This document shows, piece by piece, positions 58,262-64,000 of a DNA stretch of 64,000 nucleotides (position 1 is the stretch's first letter; every line of letters begins with the position of its first letter). The DNA is taken from positions 1 through 64,000 of IMG/VR virus record IMGVR_UViG_3300049783_001054. One strand, written 5' to 3'. The notes under the pieces are model-generated. The model had not been told where the DNA came from. It searched no databases and saw only the letters and a program-made list of their open reading frames with translations. Source of the stretch: a virus. Made by a program: the position numbers and the translations under genes.

Positions 58262-58768
58262 TTATTCCTCTTCGATTTTTGAATTGAGATAGGATTCTTT
58301 TTGAATTTCAGCAATTTCTTTTTGAGTATTTACATACATTTGATTGTAGTCATGACGAAAATAATCATCATAATCATAATCATAATCAACATCATTGTCA
58401 TTGTAGTAATAAGGATCATCAAGAAATTGATCATCTCTGTAAGATTCATAATCTTTCATGATTAGATATTCTTGGTAATTGTAATTATCGTATGAGTCTA
58501 CAAGATCATTAATACTCTGTTCAGAGCGTTCATGAGATTCATCAATATGCTGCTGATAGTGAAGATCAACCAATTTCTTGGTTTCAATTTTTTGTTCTTG
58601 ACGGAATTGTTTGGCAGATTTGCGTTTTACAAAGTTACGGCTATTTGATCCAAAGAAATACTCTTTATAACCATGAAGACTATCATACAGAGGAGATTTC
58701 TTTTCGTATCCTCCACGATGATCACGAGCATAGTGAGCGACTTTACTTCCATCAACCATGTAACGCAT
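58262..58768 (-). CDS. Tyr/Asp-rich hypothetical protein
   Basis: Basic N-terminal half, YDYDYDDY-rich C-terminal half. Confidence 0.55.
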   Translation of the reverse strand: MRYMVDGSKVAHYARDHRGGYEKKSPLYDSLHGYKEYFFGSNSRNFVKRKSAKQFRQEQKIETKKLVDLHYQQHIDESHERSEQSINDLVDSYDNYNYQEYLIMKDYESYRDDQFLDDPYYYNDNDVDYDYDYDDYFRHDYNQMYVNTQKEIAEIQKESYLNSKIEEE

Positions 58769-58827
58769 ATTTTAGACTTTCTTTTTATAGAGGATTAACG
58801 ATGAGAAGGTTTACATTTAAAATTGTT

Positions 58828-59628
58828 TCATACAATCATTTCCTTTTTTGCGAATTCAAGGACTGCTTTGTTAAAGTCAGTGCCTTGAGTGTTTACATGA
58901 TAACCGCTTGAGTAACACCTACCTCTACGATCATACCTATGTGTCAGGTAACACTCATCAGATAGCTGAGTAATATATCCCATCACATCTACGGTTGTTG
59001 TGTAGAACACATCTGATTGTTTTTGTCTCTTTCTAAAGTCAGTGAAATCTTCTCCTGATTTACGGGTAGGACGTAGATACATTCCTTGCTCTGAGTAGAT
59101 AGTATCTTGAGACAAGCTCAAAGCAACAGAGTTAGCTCTATTTAGGTGATCTAAACATAGATCCACATCATTAAAATAGGCTGATCCATTCAAAATCACA
59201 GACCGACTAATTGTATTATAGCCTGAACCAAAGTTATCCAATACCTTGTTTGGTTTAACAACCATAGGCAAAGGATATTGGTATTTTGCCAACATCTCTT
59301 TGATATCATCACTGATATCATATTTTACAGTAAATTTACTGGAGGTCTCTTGGTAGTCAATATAGTCATGCTCACAGAGAATAAGCAGATTATCTGCCAC
59401 TTCTTGTGGAGTCCCAAACTTAGGTGACAGGATACCAACCATAGTTATCACATCAGCTTGACGATGAAGATAGATTTGAACCAATACTTCAGTTGTAAAC
59501 TTTGGGTCTGCTACTTCACATTCATCTCCTACTTCACTGAATTGCTCTCTTAGTACAGGCATAAGCTGATGCTTAGAGAATAGCTCTTCCAACCCTGTCT
59601 GAGTCTCACTAGTAGGTGATTTTGTCAT
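58828..59628 (-). CDS. RNA polymerase II subunit 1 (N4 gp15-like)
   Basis: YQYPLPMVVKP, THRYDRRGRCYSSGYHVNTQGTDFNKA (DxxGR motif). Confidence 0.93.
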   Translation of the reverse strand: MTKSPTSETQTGLEELFSKHQLMPVLREQFSEVGDECEVADPKFTTEVLVQIYLHRQADVITMVGILSPKFGTPQEVADNLLILCEHDYIDYQETSSKFTVKYDISDDIKEMLAKYQYPLPMVVKPNKVLDNFGSGYNTISRSVILNGSAYFNDVDLCLDHLNRANSVALSLSQDTIYSEQGMYLRPTRKSGEDFTDFRKRQKQSDVFYTTTVDVMGYITQLSDECYLTHRYDRRGRCYSSGYHVNTQGTDFNKAVLEFAKKEMIV

Positions 59629-60050
59629 TGGTATGTCTTTCTCACTTCCATAAGCAACTTACCGAGCATGTTTTCACCACGTCCTCGACATACTCCCCAG
59701 AATGTATCATTCCATGTATTTCCTTCAATAAGTTTAGCATTACCAGTCTCAGCTAGTTTTTTAGCCAATTCTGGATTATTTCCAAACTTAGATCGAAGAC
59801 ACAATTCCATGCATTCTACTTTTAGGATTCCATCATCCCATCCGGGTCTCAATGTAAGTCTACGCCCCATTCTTTTTGCAATAAGAGGTGTCACATTGCT
59901 AAATGTTTTTCGGGTTTCAATATCCAAAGTTTTACATGCCATATATGCAGCTTCACTTGATAGGAATGGAATTCCTAATACAGTCAAAGGTGCATAATCG
60001 AAGTTGCTAAGGAAACGGTGTTCTTTAGAGAAACTTGTAATTTCTAGCAT
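59625..60050 (-). CDS. NADAR (YbiA-like) domain protein
   Basis: FLSNF, SEAAYMA.K, AKRMGR, LIEGNTWNDTFWG, GENMLGKLLMEVR. Confidence 0.9.
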   Translation of the reverse strand: MLEITSFSKEHRFLSNFDYAPLTVLGIPFLSSEAAYMACKTLDIETRKTFSNVTPLIAKRMGRRLTLRPGWDDGILKVECMELCLRSKFGNNPELAKKLAETGNAKLIEGNTWNDTFWGVCRGRGENMLGKLLMEVRKTYQ

Positions 60051-60178
60051 TGTTTATTTCCACCATGTAAGTACAACAGGACCAACAAAGATTTTTCCTT
60101 CCATAGTTTTACCACTTTGGAATTTGATTCTGTACCAACCAAAAGACCAGATTGTCCAGAAAACTCGGTATTTGAAGT

Positions 60179-60547
60179 TCATGATTTGGTTTGCTTTCTA
60201 TTAACATATTCAGTTAGTACTTTAATGATGACATCCCCATGACATGGTTTTGGCCAACACCAGCAGATTAAATCAACTTGTTTTTCCAGTGATTTTTCAT
60301 AAATAGAAACAAGTTCATCCCTTACTTTATGGTTTTTATTTAAGATTTGGTTTCTCAACCAAATTTCGTATAGTCTAATTGATTCTGAAACTGATTCTAC
60401 TTTCTTACCTAAACCATAGGATTTACTCGTAAATTCATTTCCAAGACATGATGGTCTACCTATGTAATGTGGATTAACTCCTTTATATGTACGCTTATTT
60501 TTAACTGTAATATTTAGTATTTTATCCATACTTAGGTTCCAGTTCAT
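60179..60547 (-). CDS. DUF4326-family protein
   Basis: YIGRPS.LGNEF, LICWCWPKPCHGDVI. Confidence 0.85.
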   Translation of the reverse strand: MNWNLSMDKILNITVKNKRTYKGVNPHYIGRPSCLGNEFTSKSYGLGKKVESVSESIRLYEIWLRNQILNKNHKVRDELVSIYEKSLEKQVDLICWCWPKPCHGDVIIKVLTEYVNRKQTKS

Positions 60548-60619
60548 TTAGAGCGTAAAGTACCACAAAAGTTGAATCCCAGTTTCCCGTTGTTAACTTT
60601 GAAAGTTAAACACAAAAAA

Positions 60620-60641
60620 CCGCAAAAACACCGCAGGTGTT
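60620..60641 (-). promoter_or_regulatory. vRNAP early hairpin promoter (template on + strand)
   Basis: CGC-AAA-AACACC-GCA-GGTGTT: C(GNA)G triloop hairpin preceded by an A run and C, the N4 P1-P3 architecture; upstream of DUF4326/NADAR/RNAP1. Confidence 0.8.
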
Positions 60642-60660
60642 AAGGTGAAACTTTGTAAGT

Positions 60661-60909
60661 TTATGTCTTATTCCTAGCTTCGTATTCTTCAATAATTTTG
60701 GCATTCTCTTTTTGAATTTCAAGTACTCTTTCAGCAAGCTGAACACACTCAATGTGTGTGATTGTTTTAGAGAAAACCAACACCCTACAAAGTTGATTAG
60801 TTTGAAATGTATTAGTTACCATTTTAGCCATATCAAGTTTGTTTTGCTCAACAACATTCAAAGCTTTAAATGAAGCATTGTTCAACATATCTGTAATAAG
60901 TTTAGACAT
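60661..60909 (-). CDS. Hypothetical protein
   Basis: Start MSKLITD after GAGG. Confidence 0.5.
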   Translation of the reverse strand: MSKLITDMLNNASFKALNVVEQNKLDMAKMVTNTFQTNQLCRVLVFSKTITHIECVQLAERVLEIQKENAKIIEEYEARNKT

Positions 60910-61234
60910 TGCATTCTTCCTCAACTGATTCAATAGCGAGATCAAACATAGCCAACACATCCTCTTTAGTAGTATCAGATTCATCATTATATTCTGTAAT
61001 CATAGATTGAACATTCATTATACATGGATAACGGATAACTTTTACAAGAGCACGACATACAAGATTCATTTCAGAGTCATAATACTCTTCAGGGTCATAG
61101 TTTACACGCAATGCTTCAATGATTGCACCGTAAGCACAGAAACATGTTTTATCACTATTGCGGAAATCACCTTTAATCCACCCATTATCTACAAGGTTAC
61201 GAGCATGGGTGAGGATAAGTTTAGTTTTACTCAT
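60902..61234 (-). CDS. DUF6197-like hypothetical protein
   Basis: GWIKG...C..GAI...ND...T..DVLAMFD pattern. Confidence 0.55.
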   Translation of the reverse strand: MSKTKLILTHARNLVDNGWIKGDFRNSDKTCFCAYGAIIEALRVNYDPEEYYDSEMNLVCRALVKVIRYPCIMNVQSMITEYNDESDTTKEDVLAMFDLAIESVEEECNV

Positions 61235-61274
61235 TTGGTTTACCTTTTTATGTCTATCTATCTAAACTAAATAT

Positions 61275-61305
61275 ACGTGCCCCCTCCGATTAGGAGGGGA
61301 CACGT
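61275..61305 (-). terminator. Terminator after gp2
   Basis: ACGTGTCCCCTCC-TAATC-GGAGGGGGCACGT on the - strand. Confidence 0.75.
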
Positions 61306-61313
61306 TATCTTGC

Positions 61314-61709
61314 TTATTCTTCGCCAAACAGTTCCGCAGCGATATCCTTCTTGGCGCTCTTCGGCGTCGGTGCAGACTCTTCTGCTTCCTGACGACGATA
61401 CAGCACAATAGGGATATTCAGGACGACATGCTCACCTTCCCCAAGCTTGAGAGCACGCTCACGCATCGCCTCAATGCGGTCATTGAGAATCATGGTATCA
61501 GCCGCGAAGTCCTCACTCATGGAGTTATAGATCTTCTTGGGGATCAGGTCGCTCAGTGCGACACCACGGTTGAACCGAAGGAACTTCTTTTCACCTTCCT
61601 CATCCTGAACGAAGACGCCCGGATTCAGGTAGATACCTTCGTATTCATCAGCAACACGAGTATTGGATTTGGTACGAGTATTGTTGGAAACGCGTTCGAT
61701 GACGGACAT
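61314..61709 (-). CDS. N4 gp2-like ssDNA-binding activator of RNAP II
   Basis: YLNPG...F.RF..GVAL...N...L.EGE...YRR pattern; 131 aa; directly after a vRNAP promoter. Confidence 0.75.
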   Translation of the reverse strand: MSVIERVSNNTRTKSNTRVADEYEGIYLNPGVFVQDEEGEKKFLRFNRGVALSDLIPKKIYNSMSEDFAADTMILNDRIEAMRERALKLGEGEHVVLNIPIVLYRRQEAEESAPTPKSAKKDIAAELFGEE

Positions 61710-61750
61710 AGTATGTGATCCTTTCGAGATTCACGAATTGAAGGCGGAAA

Positions 61751-61771
61751 GCCCAAAAAGCCCGCAGGGCT
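61751..61771 (-). promoter_or_regulatory. vRNAP early hairpin promoter (template on + strand)
   Basis: GCCC-AAAA-AGCCC-GCA-GGGCT: same GCA triloop architecture, upstream of gp2. Confidence 0.85.
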
Positions 61772-61803
61772 ACTTATTAAGCAAGCTTCAAGAAAGAAAA
61801 GGT

Positions 61804-61971
61804 TTACACCAATTTCCCTGTTTTGATCTGCTTCTCTGTGAAGGAATCAAACAACATGTTGAAACTCCTCATGTATTCTACAGACGTAACATCATCTTCG
61901 AGGTCATTTTTAAGGAAACGGACAACATCAAGTGTTGCTTGACGAAACTTCAACCTATCAACTTCGTTCAT
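61804..61971 (-). CDS. Small hypothetical protein (55 aa), not in the ORF track
   Basis: RBS AGGA, MNEVDRLKFRQ... Confidence 0.5.
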   Translation of the reverse strand: MNEVDRLKFRQATLDVVRFLKNDLEDDVTSVEYMRSFNMLFDSFTEKQIKTGKLV

Positions 61972-62063
61972 GTTTTGTTCCTAACTAGAGATCAAACAGG
62001 ACCATTATAAGTCCAACTGCAAAGGCAGACATAGCTGCCCATTTAATTGCATCGTAAGCCAAG

Positions 62064-62249
62064 TTATTCTTGATCTTTGGCAGCATTTTCCAATGCTTGA
62101 TCCAAGGTGTATCCATGATAGCGACGATTATCAACGTAGACAATAAAGTCTTTTGTTGCATCATCTTGATGGATTGTGACTTTTGTTTGGGTTCCGTTTT
62201 GAACAAATCCCAAACAATCTCTCAAGTTTTCTAGGGTAGTATTATCCAT
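62064..62249 (-). CDS. Small hypothetical protein
   Basis: RBS GAGGAG, 61 aa. Confidence 0.55.
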   Translation of the reverse strand: MDNTTLENLRDCLGFVQNGTQTKVTIHQDDATKDFIVYVDNRRYHGYTLDQALENAAKDQE

Positions 62250-62250
62250 G

Positions 62251-62388
62251 TTACTTCTCCTCTGATAGTTTATTAGTTAATCCACGTTTGCCATAGCACA
62301 TCCAACATGGCTTGAATGTTATAGGTTTGGCAGATTTAAGGTGAAAACCTGACCCTCCACATGCAAGGCAATAGTGCACTATACCCAA
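62251..62388 (-). CDS. DnaJ-type zinc-finger microprotein (~45 aa), not in the ORF track
   Basis: HYCLACGGSG...PCWMCYGKRG; GGAG upstream of a TTG/GTG start. Confidence 0.55.
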   Translation of the reverse strand: MGIVHYCLACGGSGFHLKSAKPITFKPCWMCYGKRGLTNKLSEEK

Positions 62389-62633
62389 CTTACAGCACTC
62401 CAATGAAACACATAGTTTCGGTTTTGTTCATCCCATACGATGTATAGGTGACAGCTTCACCACTCTCCAAGAAGACAGGTGCTGAAGTATCGCTAATCTC
62501 TTGAAGTTGAGCGATCAACTGAGCAACAGTCATTGGTTTACGTTTATTGAGCAGCTTAACATTAAGCTGAACAATTACTTGACGTGTTTTAGATGCCATA
62601 GACATGTTTTTCTTCTCCAAGTAAGCATGTATA

Positions 62634-62807
62634 TTAAACGAAAAGGCCCATCACTGCGCCTAGCGGAACGATCACTACACCGATGCAGCGAAGTGCTAGT
62701 TCAATGGTGATACCAACATCAAGCCCATATTCTGCGAGTTTCAGGATATTTACTACCCAGCCAATTAAACCAACAAGCATAACTGCCACTACAAGTATTA
62801 CATTCAT
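62634..62807 (-). CDS. Small two-helix membrane protein (57 aa), not in the ORF track
   Basis: MNVILVVAVMLVGLIGWVVNILKL...RCIGVVIVPLGAVMGLFV; RBS GGAG. Confidence 0.6.
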   Translation of the reverse strand: MNVILVVAVMLVGLIGWVVNILKLAEYGLDVGITIELALRCIGVVIVPLGAVMGLFV

Positions 62808-63211
62808 GGTTTATTCTCCAAGTGTGTGAGTGTGGCTTCAAGAGCCAAGATAAGATCTTTGATATCTTTGAAATAGAAGTTATCATTGATACCAATATAA
62901 ACTGACAGTTTATTGATAGGTTTAATACTGAATAGACCAGTAGATATACCAACAAACTTCTTAGTTGCTGGAACATCTTCAAACATGGTTTTGAAGAAGT
63001 AGTTTTCAGATTCTTCAACAACCTTATACGTAAGGTTATACTCTGGATGGTTCAAACAAAATCCATTTGGATCAAAGTTAAGGTGGAATCTGTATTGACC
63101 ACATTTGTTAGTTCCAAGTCCCCTAAAACTACCATCTGGCTTTACATCACTTACTTTACAGTTGAGCTTTCCAGTAGTTTGGTAAGTTATACCGTTTTCA
63201 TATTTAACCAT
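62804..63211 (-). CDS. Hypothetical protein
   Basis: Start MVKYENG after GAGGA. Confidence 0.55.
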   Translation of the reverse strand: MVKYENGITYQTTGKLNCKVSDVKPDGSFRGLGTNKCGQYRFHLNFDPNGFCLNHPEYNLTYKVVEESENYFFKTMFEDVPATKKFVGISTGLFSIKPINKLSVYIGINDNFYFKDIKDLILALEATLTHLENKP

Positions 63212-63230
63212 TTTGGTGATTCCTCTAAGC

Positions 63231-63395
63231 TTAGACAATACCAAGACGCATTAGTGCATCTAAGGTAACTGTAAGTCCCAAGACTAAGGGAACAAACTTA
63301 AACAACATTGCTGACAGCAGGTTATGTGTGTTCATAGCTGTGGCAATAAAAGTAAGATACATTCCACAGAGGATCTCAACATACTCGAACATCAT
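63231..63395 (-). CDS. Small membrane protein (54 aa), not in the ORF track
   Basis: MMFEYVEILCGMYLTFIA...; coupled to the upstream stop. Confidence 0.45.
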   Translation of the reverse strand: MMFEYVEILCGMYLTFIATAMNTHNLLSAMLFKFVPLVLGLTVTLDALMRLGIV

Positions 63396-63595
63396 TTAAT
63401 TTCACCTTGCATATCTGCCCAAAGCTCCAACACATCAGCAATGCGCTCCATGCTGTTCATCAGGTTGTTTAGCTTGTCTTCCATCAAGTTTTCACGTTCT
63501 TCACCACATCGGGCTTTTGCCCACTTTTGTTCATGGTGTAGATTACGTTCGGCTTTGAGGCGTTGTTTCTCAACATAGCGTTGCTTGCCGTTCAT
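63392..63595 (-). CDS. Small coiled-coil protein
   Basis: RBS AAGGA, 67 aa. Confidence 0.5.
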   Translation of the reverse strand: MNGKQRYVEKQRLKAERNLHHEQKWAKARCGEERENLMEDKLNNLMNSMERIADVLELWADMQGEIK

Positions 63596-63627
63596 TAGTT
63601 TATTCCTTCTTTAGTATTTTATCTGGA

Positions 63628-63665
63628 ACCAAAAAGAACAGATGTATAGATATACACCTGCTCTT
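63628..63665 (-). terminator. Intrinsic terminator
   Basis: AAGAGCAGGTGTATA/TATACATCTGTTCTT hairpin followed by TTTGGTT. Confidence 0.7.
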
Positions 63666-63688
63666 AGTTGTTTAGATTTGAGTTTGAA

Positions 63689-64000
63689 TCAAAATTTCCT
63701 TGGCCTGCAAATATCAGAGACCATACCTTGATCGAGCCTATCAGCATCGGTCATTTGATTCAGTTTATTCAACTCTTGTAGTTTTTCATCATCAGTTTCA
63801 TCATCAGTGTTGTCTTCATCTTCCAAGAACATTTCATCCCATTCTTCAGATGTTACACCAGTCATCAAGAATTCTCGCTCATCTGGTGACAGATCAGGCA
63901 TAGCATTTTGGATCAGTTCACCATTATTCCAAGCATCCAGTTGATCTTGGGTCACACCGATTTCGAGGGTATTTACTTTACCCGATTGCATAGAAGTTTT
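63689..64000 (-). CDS. Conserved phage hypothetical protein, probably 5'-truncated by the window
   Basis: SGK...LIQNAMPDLSPDEREFLMTG...EEW; frame open to the window end. Confidence 0.6.
   Translation of the reverse strand, partial: KTSMQSGKVNTLEIGVTQDQLDAWNNGELIQNAMPDLSPDEREFLMTGVTSEEWDEMFLEDEDNTDDETDDEKLQELNKLNQMTDADRLDQGMVSDICRPRKF

Noticed and set aside
62645-62712. GC-rich, partly self-complementary stretch as possible ncRNA
   Set aside because: It lies inside a convincing 57-aa membrane ORF (62634-62807).

Overview
About 64 kb of an AT-rich N4-like podophage genome (Schitoviridae); the class II RNR and GC-rich islands suggest an alphaproteobacterial host, which is an inference. The + strand (1-20238) carries late structural genes: gp57-like, major capsid, gp55-gp51 homologues and a 3479-aa virion RNA polymerase. 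The - strand carries replication genes (SSB, Sak4-like AAA, primase, Cas4-like nuclease, a DNA polymerase split in two, Dda-like helicase, NrdJ), rIIA/rIIB, a displaced tailspike module, a kinase-ThyX fusion, dCTP deaminase, MoxR/vWA, both RNAP II subunits, gp2 and many small early ORFs. Two vRNAP hairpin promoters are visible. The most unusual signals are: (1) the family A DNA polymerase is broken between motifs A and B, both halves have short added tails, and a Tad2/DUF2829-type anti-defence gene sits in the break; (2) a tRNA-like gene has a 36-nt structured insert in place of the anticodon loop, inside a ~460-nt structured non-coding block; (3) a 171-nt rod-like RNA candidate is closed by a perfect 12-bp inverted repeat; (4) two host-protein look-alikes occur, a ribosomal bL12 C-terminal domain inside rIIB and an acyl carrier protein lacking its phosphopantetheine serine. 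All calls come from motif recognition and synteny; no searches were run.
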